A DNA stretch of 64,000 bases from Mogibacterium sp. (GTDB lineage: Bacteria > Bacillota > Clostridia > Peptostreptococcales > Anaerovoracaceae). Location: NCBI GenBank assembly GCA_017510725.1, contig JAFWMD010000049.1, forward strand, positions 82,478 through 146,477. Direction: 5' to 3'. The position numbers and the translations under genes were made by a program. Under the pieces are notes generated by a model that had not been told where the DNA came from, searched no databases, and was given only the letters and a program-made list of their open reading frames with translations. This document shows, in pieces, positions 8,923 to 18,325 of this stretch (its first letter is position 1; the number at the start of each line of letters is the position of its first letter).

Positions 8923-9915
8923 ATGAGTGAAGAACTGAAGGATTTAGTTAATAGTGAAATCGAAGCTCTCGCAAAAGACACGCCGGAAGAGTCTGAAGAA
9001 GCGGAAACCCCCGCAATTACGGAGGTCCCTGAAGCATCCAGTCTGACCCCTGAGCATATCGAGCATCTTCTTAAAGTTCTCGGTGATGATATCATCGTAG
9101 ACATGCTCGAAAGTGCAGGCCTTACGGAAGAGGATCTTGAAAACGCGCTCGATGATGAACAGGAAGACGGAGAAAAGGATTCTGCATCGGCAGAGGCCCC
9201 TGCTGCCGGCAGGAAGCCTCGCCGCAAGGGCAAAGCGAAGAGGCGCCTTCTTTTCGTATTGATTTTTATAGGCATAATTCTTCTTGTAGCGGCTGTAAAC
9301 AAGATTTTCATGAGTGTTACCATAAACACCAACGCCCCGATACAGTATTCGGAAAGCATCGACGATATATCCGCTGACGAAGGGTCGCTCAACGTAAACA
9401 ACGTGAGCGTATCGGTCCCTACTGACGGTACTGAAGAATACAGCATCTCATATTCATGGGCTGAAGATGATGACAAGTACCCTTCCGTTCCTCACGCGAT
9501 CACCGCGATCTATTCCGGAAAGGCTGAAGAAAGTGAGGAGGAAGGCGAAGAAGAAAGCGGACCTGCAAAACTTTACAGTATTTCGCTCTACCGCAACGAT
9601 ATCACACCGTCAAAGAGTGTGAAGAAGGGCAAAAAGGCGAGCAACTGGTTCGATGACTGGGCAGTCGTGAATGAAGGAGACGTTCTTCAGGTACCGCTCA
9701 AGTCAGGCAGCATAAACGGCTTTTACGTATTCCCGCAGCCGCCTGCAGACGGTGAAACCGCAAGCGAGTATAACGACTTCAGCTATTATTTCGCAGTAAA
9801 GGATAAAGAAGGCATCAGCACATACGTGCTGGAAGGTGTGTGTCTCGACCCTGAGCGCGATGCGGAATTCAGAACGATCATGGACAACTGCATCCACAGC
9901 ATCACAATCAAATAA
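8923..9915 (+). CDS. Single-pass membrane protein of unknown function (acidic N-terminus, extracytoplasmic C-terminal domain)
   Basis: 330-aa ORF with one TM (LLFVLIFIGIILLVAAV) after a Glu/Asp-rich N-terminus. No family recognised. It is one of very few plus-strand genes here. Confidence 0.65.
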   Translation: MSEELKDLVNSEIEALAKDTPEESEEAETPAITEVPEASSLTPEHIEHLLKVLGDDIIVDMLESAGLTEEDLENALDDEQEDGEKDSASAEAPAAGRKPRRKGKAKRRLLFVLIFIGIILLVAAVNKIFMSVTINTNAPIQYSESIDDISADEGSLNVNNVSVSVPTDGTEEYSISYSWAEDDDKYPSVPHAITAIYSGKAEESEEEGEEESGPAKLYSISLYRNDITPSKSVKKGKKASNWFDDWAVVNEGDVLQVPLKSGSINGFYVFPQPPADGETASEYNDFSYYFAVKDKEGISTYVLEGVCLDPERDAEFRTIMDNCIHSITIK

Positions 9916-9934
9916 ACCGGTAATATAAAAATTG

Positions 9935-9969
9935 CCGGATACCAGGCATCTGCCCGGTATCCGGTTTTT
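9935..9969 (+). terminator. Bidirectional rho-independent terminator between convergent genes
   Basis: Stem CCGGATACC (9935-9943) / GGTATCCGG (9956-9964) followed by TTTTT (9965-9969). On the minus strand the same hairpin is followed by AATTTTTATATT. Confidence 0.75.
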
Positions 9970-9988
9970 CATTGTTTGTTTATTGACC

Positions 9989-11323
9989 CTAAGGGAGTCT
10001 GTATCTCATTACATAGTTTTTGGAACTGCTGCTGAGGCTTGCAAGCCTCTTTGCTACTGCATCACGTTTGACAGCGATGGAATTGGCGCCCCAGCCACCG
10101 CCGCTCGATTCTACCAGATCATTGCCCCCGATGTACATGCAGACGTGACCGTTATTGTCGTTGTGGTCAGACCATTTGATGATAACATCGCCCGGCTGCA
10201 GGTCATTGACCGTGAGGTCCTTGCAGGCACCTATCTTCATCCAGCATGAGAACTTTCTGAAGTTGTCATTTGTCTCATACATGGTCATGTAGCGCTTCTG
10301 ACACGCCTTTAGGATCTCCGGATCACCCGCTCCATGAGCATATGCCGCTCCTACGAATGTAAGGCAGACATAGGTCTTCTCATAGCGCTCAGGTTCTTCC
10401 ATTTTCTTTTTTATCGCTGCAGTGACCTTCCTGTCGTTGTTGCCACAGAAGAAGCAACCTTGTTGGTTAGCTATCGGCTTTTCTCCATAGGTAAAACTAT
10501 CATCATTAGCGATCCTAATCGCCCAATTGACAGCTGCCTTTGGTTTAGCACTAGGGAGCACTGTAAACTCTTTGTTGAATGCAATTACAACGCCTTTATC
10601 TGTGTGTAAATACATTCTGTACCTGTAATTACCACCCGGCAGCAAATCGAACCTGAGCCTTGAAGCAATTACACTCAAATCATAATTATAAGTACTTGCC
10701 GATGCGGTATATTTGTAATCTGTCCACTTGTTGGTTGGGGCAAAAACAATGCCGACCTCAACCTTATTAATCTTACTGGAGGAAGATACTACACCTGTAG
10801 TGTTGAACACCTTGCCGCACTGATACGTTCCAGGCGCTCTGACGCCGCTCAGTGTGATGTTAGGGCTTTCAGCTACGGATAAAGCTATTGTCTCAGCCCT
10901 ATTGTCTACAACAGTAAACCTTTGACTAAGCACTCTTTTTTTCTTTTTGCCCTTCAGCTGAACATATATTCTGTAATAGTAAGTCCCTGCTCTGAGATTT
11001 CCGAATTTAAGCTTTGAGTCTGCCTTTTTGATGCTGAATGTCTTTTTGTTTATGCCAGACTTTGTGTACTTGTATTTCCATTTACTTACCTTAGGATTAT
11101 AGATACCAATCTCGACTTTTTTGATCTTAGTTTTTGCTTTGATCTTTCCCTTGATGCTGAATGATTTGCCCAGATCAATAGTGGACGGAACATTGTAACT
11201 CTTCAACGTAATTGTTCCTACACTTGTGGTTATAGCATGCACGTCAGTGACCGCCAGTGAGAATACCATCACCAGCGATAACAGTACTGCCATTACTCTT
11301 TGGTTTCGTCTGAAAATGTACAT
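9989..11323 (-). CDS. Secreted protein with two Lys-rich Ig-like repeats and a C-terminal Cys/His papain-fold (NlpC/P60-like) domain
   Basis: The ORF is open to 11398, but the likely start is ATG 11323 (MYIFRRNQRVMAVLLSLVMVFSLAVTDVHA signal peptide). C-terminal KTYVCLTFVGAAYAHGAGDPE ... LQPGDVIIKWS..GHVCMYIGGNDLVESSGGGWGANSIAVK is paralogous to 7430..8836. Confidence 0.7.
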   Translation of the reverse strand: MYIFRRNQRVMAVLLSLVMVFSLAVTDVHAITTSVGTITLKSYNVPSTIDLGKSFSIKGKIKAKTKIKKVEIGIYNPKVSKWKYKYTKSGINKKTFSIKKADSKLKFGNLRAGTYYYRIYVQLKGKKKKRVLSQRFTVVDNRAETIALSVAESPNITLSGVRAPGTYQCGKVFNTTGVVSSSSKINKVEVGIVFAPTNKWTDYKYTASASTYNYDLSVIASRLRFDLLPGGNYRYRMYLHTDKGVVIAFNKEFTVLPSAKPKAAVNWAIRIANDDSFTYGEKPIANQQGCFFCGNNDRKVTAAIKKKMEEPERYEKTYVCLTFVGAAYAHGAGDPEILKACQKRYMTMYETNDNFRKFSCWMKIGACKDLTVNDLQPGDVIIKWSDHNDNNGHVCMYIGGNDLVESSGGGWGANSIAVKRDAVAKRLASLSSSSKNYVMRYRLP

Positions 11324-11418
11324 AATAAAACCCCGACATTTCCCCCAATAATACCTTATAGTACTAGAAATTTTATATGCCGGGGATGATCGACTCAATC
11401 AATCTGTATGGATATTAA

Positions 11419-12666
11419 TTATTTAATTATGCGCGCCAGCACCCTCTTTGACGAATTGCCGTCTTCATAAGGATTGAACCTCTTTACGAACGCTTTATAC
11501 TTTTCATCTGCTGTCCAGCCATCCGTCTTTCTGATTTCTTCTATGAGTGCCGTCTCATCCTTTACGATCGGTCCAGGCAGTTCATCGAGTGACAGGTAGA
11601 AGCCTCTCATCTCGTTGGCATAATGCTCGAGGTCATACATGTAGAAGATCACCGGGCGCTCGAGTATCGAGTAGTCGAAGAATACGCTCGAGTAGTCTGT
11701 CACGAGTATGTCCGCTGCGATATACAGGTCGTTGATGTCTGGATACGACGATACGTCCATGACAAAGCCTTTGTATTTCTCAAAGTCAAAGCTGTTCGCC
11801 ACGAGATAATGTGCCCTGAAGAGGATAATGTACTCATCTCCGAGCTCCTTCTGCAGCCTGTCGAAATCGACTTCCGTCTTGTATGTGTAACCCTGCCCGC
11901 TTGTGTGCTGGTTGTCACGCCATGTAGGAGCATAAAGTATGGCTTTTTTACCCTCCACTCCGAGCTGCTTTCTGAACTTCTTGCGGTCCTTTTCCGTGGC
12001 GACGGCGAGAGCATCGTTGCGCGGATAACCCTCTTCGATGATCTTGTCTCTCTGACCGGTCTCGTTAAGGTTCCATGCAGTGGCAAACTTGTCGGTCGCG
12101 AAAGGCGACGGCGAAAGGATATAGGAGAACTTTTCAGCGTCAGTTCTGTACTTCTCCTTGATTTCGTTGAGCGAGTTCATGGCATTGTCGCTCTCGATGA
12201 TGTCGTAGCCGAGTCTCTTGAGCGGTGTTCCATGCCAGCACTGCAGGTATACCTGTCCCTTGCGCGGGAACTGGTAATTCAGCATGCGGTAATTGGTGAT
12301 CCAGTATTTTGCCGTACGGAGCGCCTTGTTATCTTCCTTTGTTCTGAACTTCACCAGACTGGTGCGGTCGTTCTGCAGCAGGAAGCTGTATTCATCAGGA
12401 TCCTTGAAGCACCAGATGAATCTGTAGTCCTTATACTCAGGTGCCGTCAGCATGTACTGGTACATGGCCTTAGGCGAGTCGCTGTATCCGCGGCCTGAGA
12501 ACGTACGGAAATAGACCAGCTTGTCATCGATCTTTCCGAACGGATCATCAAGTGTCATCTTGGCGCGGTAAGCGGCGTCCCTGCTCCCCCTGAAGACCAG
12601 GCGGAATGTCTTGTTCTTCTTTGCGATGTCGAATACGACTTTTTTGAATTTTGTTGTGATACTCAT
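11419..12666 (-). CDS. CDP-glycerol glycerophosphotransferase (TagB/TagF family)
   Basis: Family motifs QCWHGTPLKRLGYD, ILYAPTWRD, LFRAHYLV, VTDYSSVFFDY. Confidence 0.85.
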   Translation of the reverse strand: MSITTKFKKVVFDIAKKNKTFRLVFRGSRDAAYRAKMTLDDPFGKIDDKLVYFRTFSGRGYSDSPKAMYQYMLTAPEYKDYRFIWCFKDPDEYSFLLQNDRTSLVKFRTKEDNKALRTAKYWITNYRMLNYQFPRKGQVYLQCWHGTPLKRLGYDIIESDNAMNSLNEIKEKYRTDAEKFSYILSPSPFATDKFATAWNLNETGQRDKIIEEGYPRNDALAVATEKDRKKFRKQLGVEGKKAILYAPTWRDNQHTSGQGYTYKTEVDFDRLQKELGDEYIILFRAHYLVANSFDFEKYKGFVMDVSSYPDINDLYIAADILVTDYSSVFFDYSILERPVIFYMYDLEHYANEMRGFYLSLDELPGPIVKDETALIEEIRKTDGWTADEKYKAFVKRFNPYEDGNSSKRVLARIIK

Positions 12667-12680
12667 CTTTCGTTCCCCGG

Positions 12681-13781
12681 TTATTTTGCGAGTGATATTA
12701 TGAAGTCTGCCAGCGCGGCAGTACAGTAATTTTCGGTATTCCCTGCTCCGGTATCGATGTCTATGTAACGGTCGCGGAATCCCTTCAGGGCATCTTTGTC
12801 ATAATCATCCCTGCCCACAGCTTCAGCGAGAGCTCCTGCATCGCGGAATACGTACGGTGCGATCGGCTCGCTGTCAAAATCTATATTGAGGCCCGTGTTG
12901 GCTTCATACTCTTCGAGATCATAGGCATATATGAACAGCGGCTTGTCTGCGATGGTGGACTCAATCACAAGTGATGAATAATCGCTGATTATTGCATCTG
13001 CAACTGAAAGCCAGTCGAACGACGGAAACTCTTCATCAAAGATGATATTGGAGCCTGCTTTCGCAGCCGACATCGCCTCTCCCCTGTACAGCGGATGGAG
13101 CTTTACTGCTATGTTGTACTTATCCGGATCGAAGGCCGCTATGAGGCCCTGAACATCGACAGCCTTGCCCCTGCGGAATGTCGGTGCATAAAGTACCGTC
13201 TTCTTTCCGTCTGACTTCAGCTGAGGATATGCTGCAAGTATCTTACCGGCTGTGTCGTCATGTCTTTCACCCCTGACTACACTGTTTATATAATCGATAC
13301 GCGGCAGGCCGTACTTAACGATCTTATTTCGGTCTGTCCTGAAAGCCTCACTGAAATGTTCTGCAGTCACATCGCTCGCGCAGACTACATAATCGTAGCC
13401 ATGATGCATCTTCATGAGCTTTGCAGTTTTTTCTGATGAGCCGCCCTCCTTGCCTACAGTCTGCCAGCCGAACTTCTTGATTGCTCCAAGGGCATGCCAT
13501 ATCTGCACCACCTTTGTGCCCCTGCGATGAGGGATCATGCTTGCCGGTATGCAGTACGTGTCCAGCACCACAACATCTGATGCCAGTATCGATGCCTCCT
13601 GCTTAGCCACATGACCGATATATCCAAGCGCTTTGAGCGACTTCTCCTTGGTCAGCAGCTTGCTGAGAACCGTTACATCACAGTCTCTCTTAAGAAGCTC
13701 CGCCTCGAGCATTGCTACATCGAGCGTCTTGCTGTTGCTCTCACGGCTTATTATTGAAATCTTTTTTTTACGTTCTTTCAT
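12681..13781 (-). CDS. CDP-glycerol glycerophosphotransferase (TagB/TagF family), shorter paralogue
   Basis: QIWHALGAIKKFG, VLYAPTFRRG, AVKLHPLY, ISDYSSLVIES. Confidence 0.8.
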   Translation of the reverse strand: MKERKKKISIISRESNSKTLDVAMLEAELLKRDCDVTVLSKLLTKEKSLKALGYIGHVAKQEASILASDVVVLDTYCIPASMIPHRRGTKVVQIWHALGAIKKFGWQTVGKEGGSSEKTAKLMKMHHGYDYVVCASDVTAEHFSEAFRTDRNKIVKYGLPRIDYINSVVRGERHDDTAGKILAAYPQLKSDGKKTVLYAPTFRRGKAVDVQGLIAAFDPDKYNIAVKLHPLYRGEAMSAAKAGSNIIFDEEFPSFDWLSVADAIISDYSSLVIESTIADKPLFIYAYDLEEYEANTGLNIDFDSEPIAPYVFRDAGALAEAVGRDDYDKDALKGFRDRYIDIDTGAGNTENYCTAALADFIISLAK

Positions 13782-13918
13782 ATTTCTTATTTTGTCCGGT
13801 CCCTTTCTGCCCTTACCTGAATTACGGTTACTGAGAGACCCTGATGTTTTATTGTATCATAAAATGCCTTTATTGTCGGCAGACACGGTTCTCATTGTCA
13901 GCAATAAGCACAAATTAA

Positions 13919-13946
13919 GCGGGATGACGCACAGGCGCCATCCCGC
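13919..13946 (-). terminator. Hairpin downstream of 13995..15467 (possible terminator)
   Basis: 8-bp stem GCGGGATG (13919-13926) / CATCCCGC (13939-13946). The clean T-tract (13952-13957) is on the plus-strand side, and the minus-strand trailing sequence is only moderately T-rich. Confidence 0.45.
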
Positions 13947-13994
13947 ATCGCTTTTTTCACAATTCTTCAGTAATGACCGTCTCAGTCGGTACCA

Positions 13995-15467
13995 TTACTT
14001 TGTTTTTATCTTCTTAGTTGAAGACCATTTTCCTACATATTTTACGCCGCTAGCGTATCTTATTGCACGTACCTTTACGTAGTAATTTGTTTTCTTCTTC
14101 AGACCGCTGATCTTCCCGGAAGACTTGCTCTTGCTGACTTCCTTCATCTTAGTATCTGCCTTAGCAAAGTTCTTGTTAGGGCAGGCCCAGATCTCATACT
14201 TCGTAACTTTTGATTTCTTCAGCTGCTTGCTTGTCAGTTTCGTCCACTTCAAAGTAATTGAAGACTTGCTTACTTTTGACTTTTTAGCACCCTTAACTTT
14301 AGGGATCTTGCTGTCAGCGACACCCTGGCGTGCCTTTTCTGCCTTTGCGGCAGCAGCAGCCTGATCTCTCTGGTTTTTCTGTGCCGGAGTATCGACAAAT
14401 ATGGTAACTGGTATTTTTACCTTCCTGTAGTTTACGCTTGCGCTGTTATTACCAGGCTGCAGCAAATTGTCATATTCAAGGTCCAGCAAGATAAAATCGT
14501 CCCCATTTATGAAATACGGAGAGTTGGTGGTTTCTGTGATATCAAAAAGACCCGCTTTGTATGTAACGGTTTTCCCGTCTATATATTTTACCGTCAGGGA
14601 ATCGCCCTTAGCGAACCATGTGTATTCGACACCATCATGTGTTGTCCATTTATATCTTCTGTCGATATCATAAAATGACCCGTGCTGATTCGATACCTGA
14701 ACATCTGGCCCCCATACACTTATGGTTACGGGAGTAAAGCTGACACTTGCTACGCCGCTTATGCATTTGGCATTAAAAGGACCATCTTTTAAGGCAGGAT
14801 CATAATCACATCTGACTTCATATGTGAAGCTCTTGCCGATATTGTCATCATTCTCGATATCAAAGGTTCCATCTTCGTAAATAGCATCAACAACGTAAGG
14901 TAATTCAGTGTTCTTATACAGCCACTTTCCGGAAGAGTATATATACGTCGCATCATTAAAACCACTATACTCCAGTGTGATTTTGTCTCCGTCCATGAAC
15001 TGGTCATATTTCCAGATTTCTCTTACGCCGGATTTAGCAGGAGTAAATGTAAGACCTGTAGGCATGGCATTAGATACATCGTAGAAATTATAATCCTCAC
15101 ATCCGTAAGAGTCGGTAACATAGCAAATGTAAGACCCGGCATGAGCCCCTTTCAGAGTGGATCCTGACCCAGCGTCTTTCTCCACAGTCTCCCCTGCGTC
15201 TTCATCATATACCCGCTCGACCCATCTGTAACTGAATGTAGGGAGCGCATATCCTTCTTCCTCATAATAGTCCATCTGGTTTAAATCCATGATTGCCTTC
15301 AAGTCACACGAGGTTTGCCCCGGCGCCAGAACAACATCATCTCCTTCTACATACCAATACCGTGGCATATCAGGATTCTCGTCTTCAGCAAATGCCAGTG
15401 CAGGCATGTAGGTGAGCACCATCATCAGCGTAAGCATTAGCGCCAGTGCTCTATGCAGCTTCTTCAT
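13995..15467 (-). CDS. Secreted protein with C-terminal Lys-rich FN3-like module
   Basis: Signal peptide (...LTYMPALAFA). C-terminal SSITLKWTKL...KYEIWACP...YYVKVRAIRY..GKWSSTKKIKTK resembles the C-termini of 15649..16872 and 17090..18325. Confidence 0.7.
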   Translation of the reverse strand: MKKLHRALALMLTLMMVLTYMPALAFAEDENPDMPRYWYVEGDDVVLAPGQTSCDLKAIMDLNQMDYYEEEGYALPTFSYRWVERVYDEDAGETVEKDAGSGSTLKGAHAGSYICYVTDSYGCEDYNFYDVSNAMPTGLTFTPAKSGVREIWKYDQFMDGDKITLEYSGFNDATYIYSSGKWLYKNTELPYVVDAIYEDGTFDIENDDNIGKSFTYEVRCDYDPALKDGPFNAKCISGVASVSFTPVTISVWGPDVQVSNQHGSFYDIDRRYKWTTHDGVEYTWFAKGDSLTVKYIDGKTVTYKAGLFDITETTNSPYFINGDDFILLDLEYDNLLQPGNNSASVNYRKVKIPVTIFVDTPAQKNQRDQAAAAAKAEKARQGVADSKIPKVKGAKKSKVSKSSITLKWTKLTSKQLKKSKVTKYEIWACPNKNFAKADTKMKEVSKSKSSGKISGLKKKTNYYVKVRAIRYASGVKYVGKWSSTKKIKTK

Positions 15468-15597
15468 ATTTTCCTCCTATTAATCAGTAATGGAATAGGC
15501 CCGGATGGGTCCGTTCCATCAATACATAATATTAGTGTTTATTAAAGTTATTTTACCTTATGGACATATTTGGAGCAACAACAACGCAACAGAGAAA

Positions 15598-15629
15598 AAG
15601 GTGGGCTCAACTTCTGTTGAGCCCACCTT
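15598..15629 (-). terminator. Rho-independent terminator downstream of 15649..16872
   Basis: 14-bp stem AAGGTGGGCTCAAC (15598-15611) / GTTGAGCCCACCTT (15616-15629). On the minus strand it is followed by TTTTTCTCTG. Confidence 0.8.
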
Positions 15630-15648
15630 GTACTGTTCTGTTTTAAGG

Positions 15649-15960
15649 CTATTTTACTTTGCCGACCTTTACGTTCGACCACTTGCCGTAGATAGTCTCG
15701 CCGTTTACCACATTATACGCGCGTACCATTACAGCATATGTGCCCTTCTTGAGCTTGAGTGTCTTGGTGATCTTGGACTTGCTGCTTGCCTTTACATTAT
15801 AAACCTTTACTTCTTTTGTTTTCTTGTTCTTAACAGCAACCTGATATCCCTTCGTCTTCGCTTTGATACGGTTCCATTTTACAGTAACCTTTTTACTCTT
15901 AACCTTTGCTGAAACGATCTTGGCTCTTGCAGGTGTTACAGGGGCAGGATTAAGCGATGG
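15649..15960. repeat. About 310-bp direct repeat, copy 1 (3' end of 15649..16872)
   Basis: By eye, colinear and roughly 90 percent identical to 17090..17400 (CTATTTTACTTTGCCGACCTT... through ...GCAGGTGTTAC). Confidence 0.85.
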
Positions 15961-16872
15961 AATGGTTGTCGACTTGGTAGCTCCGCATACTGTGCAGGTA
16001 TGAGTCTTTACTCCTGTATGTGTGTATCCGGCAGCCTTTTTAACTACACCACCGTTCCATGTATGAGCATTCGGTGTCCATACGCGGTAAGTGGTTCTGG
16101 ATTCTACCTGGCGTGTGTCTGCATTGGTATACGAGGTTGTTCCCCAGGACGACCAGCTGCCCCAGCTGCCCCATTTCCACCAGTAATAAACCCATGCTCT
16201 GTCACGATAGCGGTACTCTACGTGAGTAGTTGCTGCCACAGCCTGTGTTGATTCAAGCCACCACAGCTCATTAGCATATTTCACTTTGCTCGAATATTTA
16301 TACGCCTGATGACCGTCATAGGATTTTTCCTTTGTCAGCGTATTTCCCTTTGTCCACATTGTGACCTTTTCACCGCCATGATTTTTAGCATAATCAACTG
16401 AGTATGTGAACCATCTCGAGCCATTCATGTACGTGCCGTAATACCAGTTATACCTTGTATAGCCGTTATTGTCTGAGACATTTGTTTGCCCGATCTCTCT
16501 GTAAGAATACGAGGTCGGTTTCGTCTTGCTCCATGAGCTCCAGCTTCCATACGCACCGTCACGTGCTGAGCCATTAGCGTTCCAGCTGCTGTCAGGAGCA
16601 GAGCTCGAAGATGTGGATGTTGTTGTTTTACTTCTGGTTCTGTAGCGCCACTCAGTCCTTGAATCGTATACTTTGCCTGCTGCAGGCTTGGTAGTTGTCC
16701 AGTCTCCCCATGTACCTGTCGAATCACAAGGCTCTACAGCTGCCGACGCAACTCCGCTGTTGTCAGCAGCGATCCACGGCATCATTGCGAACGCCATCAT
16801 GAACGACAGCATTACCGTTAAACCTCTTGTCAGAATGCGTCTTTCTTTTTTTCTTTCCATCTTTAGTTTCAC
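15649..16872 (-). CDS. Secreted Trp/Tyr-rich repeat protein with C-terminal Lys-rich FN3-like module
   Basis: Signal/anchor (LTVMLSFMMAFAMMPWIAA). Recurrent T-x-(Y/W)RYR and W-rich segments (VEYRYRDRAWVYYWWKWGSWGSWSSWG). The C-terminal ~100 aa are nearly identical to 17090..18325. Confidence 0.7.
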   Translation of the reverse strand: MKLKMERKKERRILTRGLTVMLSFMMAFAMMPWIAADNSGVASAAVEPCDSTGTWGDWTTTKPAAGKVYDSRTEWRYRTRSKTTTSTSSSSAPDSSWNANGSARDGAYGSWSSWSKTKPTSYSYREIGQTNVSDNNGYTRYNWYYGTYMNGSRWFTYSVDYAKNHGGEKVTMWTKGNTLTKEKSYDGHQAYKYSSKVKYANELWWLESTQAVAATTHVEYRYRDRAWVYYWWKWGSWGSWSSWGTTSYTNADTRQVESRTTYRVWTPNAHTWNGGVVKKAAGYTHTGVKTHTCTVCGATKSTTIPSLNPAPVTPARAKIVSAKVKSKKVTVKWNRIKAKTKGYQVAVKNKKTKEVKVYNVKASSKSKITKTLKLKKGTYAVMVRAYNVVNGETIYGKWSNVKVGKVK

Positions 16873-17030
16873 CCCTTCTGCTGAATATCCCTCGGGATTA
16901 TTTTATGTTCACGCATATTGCTGATTTGTTGCGCATTTATACATGGTAAATATATCACTAAAAATATAAGCTTTCTATATGAATTCTTAATTTTTTGGAT
17001 GCTTTTTTGCTGGTTTAAAGCATAATAAAC

Positions 17031-17070
17031 GAGGTGCCCAACATTTTTATGCTCCCTTGCTGAGCACCTC
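17031..17070 (-). terminator. Possible terminator downstream of 17090..18325
   Basis: 7-bp stem GAGGTGC (17031-17037) / GCACCTC (17064-17070) with a long, partly self-paired loop. On the minus strand it is followed by GTTTATTATG. Confidence 0.35.
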
Positions 17071-17089
17071 AGTTTCTGTTTGGTTTAGG

Positions 17090-17400
17090 CTATTTTACTT
17101 TGCCGACCTTGACGTTTGACCACTTGCCGTAGATGGTTTCGCCGTTTATCACATTATATGCGCGTACCATTACAGCATACGTTCCCTTCTTGAGCTTGAG
17201 CGTCTTGGTGATCTTGGACTTGCTGCTTGCCTTAACCTTATAATATGTGACTTTTTGAGTCTTCTTGTTCTTGACTGCAACCTGGTATCCCTTGGTCTTT
17301 GCTTTGATACGGTTCCATTTTACAGTAACCTTTTTACTCTTGACCTTTGCCGAAACGATCTTTGCTCTTGCAGGTGTTACCGGTGCAGGGTTGAGCTTAG
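17090..17400. repeat. About 310-bp direct repeat, copy 2 (3' end of 17090..18325)
   Basis: See copy 1 at 15649..15960. Confidence 0.85.
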
Positions 17401-18325
17401 GAATGCTTGCATTCTTTGTTGATCCGCAGTGACTGCAGGTATATGTCTTGACTCCCGGCGTATAGTATTTTGCAGCCCTTGTCACTTTACCGCGGTCCCA
17501 GCTGTGTCCTACATATCCCGCTGTGCGGTATGTGGTTCTGGTCTCTACCTGTCGTGAGCTTGATGAAGACACGGCGCTTGCCTGCCATCCGGACCAGTCA
17601 CCCCATTTATAGTAGTAATATGTGTAACCCTTGGTGCCGTCACGATATCTGTAGTTGGTATAAGCAGCCGCAGTTTGAACCTGTTTCGACGTCTCATTGA
17701 ACCACTGGTTATTGCCATACAGATTGAAGTTTCCACCCATCTGATTGCTGTATTGAGTGCTGGATACCTCAAGCTTTGCGCCCCATCCTCTTTCAAAATA
17801 ATACTGGCAGTAGACACCACTCCAGGTGCCTTTGCAAGGCCCCAATGTACCGGTATTGTTGGAGTTTGAAGCCCATCTGCTATAGTTATACTGAGTCGTA
17901 TATGTAGCTGCTACATTCTGCGTCTGAACTTCTCTCTTTGAAGTTGTGTACTCATAAGCACTGACAGCTGTTCTTGAGTAGCTTGACCAGGCACCCCATG
18001 TCCAGCTTGAGTCGAGCACGCTTCTGTCATAAACCCAGCCTGCGCCCGGGCTTGTGTTTGTTCTGTTGGAAGTAGTGCTCTTGTCCTTGTAACGGTACTC
18101 TGTTCTGGACTCATAAGGAATACTTCCATCAGGCACCGTTGTTGTCCAGTCGCTCCAGGAATTATCATAGTAGCAAACATCTGCTGCCGAGACAGCATTT
18201 GCCTGCAGCTGGATGCCTGTTACCACAGGGATCATTGTGAACGCCATAATGAATACCAGCATACCCGTAAGTACGCGTCTGGTTATTCTCCCCTTCGCTT
18301 TTTTATCAGCTTTCATAGTATCCAC
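17090..18325 (-). CDS. Secreted Trp/Tyr-rich repeat protein with C-terminal Lys-rich FN3-like module (tandem paralogue)
   Basis: Signal/anchor (LTGMLVFIMAFTMIPVV). TEYRYKDK, NYRYRDG and YYYKWGDWSGW motifs. C-terminus NPAPVTPARAKIVSAKVKSKKVTVKWNRIKAKTKGYQVAVKNKKT... is identical in long stretches to 15649..16872. Confidence 0.7.
   Translation of the reverse strand: MDTMKADKKAKGRITRRVLTGMLVFIMAFTMIPVVTGIQLQANAVSAADVCYYDNSWSDWTTTVPDGSIPYESRTEYRYKDKSTTSNRTNTSPGAGWVYDRSVLDSSWTWGAWSSYSRTAVSAYEYTTSKREVQTQNVAATYTTQYNYSRWASNSNNTGTLGPCKGTWSGVYCQYYFERGWGAKLEVSSTQYSNQMGGNFNLYGNNQWFNETSKQVQTAAAYTNYRYRDGTKGYTYYYYKWGDWSGWQASAVSSSSSRQVETRTTYRTAGYVGHSWDRGKVTRAAKYYTPGVKTYTCSHCGSTKNASIPKLNPAPVTPARAKIVSAKVKSKKVTVKWNRIKAKTKGYQVAVKNKKTQKVTYYKVKASSKSKITKTLKLKKGTYAVMVRAYNVINGETIYGKWSNVKVGKVK

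Noticed and set aside
8904-9476. 190-aa Ser-rich minus-strand ORF.
   Set aside because: It is antisense to the acidic N-terminus of 8923..9915 (GAA/GAG-rich sequence gives a Ser/Phe-rich antisense frame). The plus-strand ORF is longer and has a promoter and a terminator.
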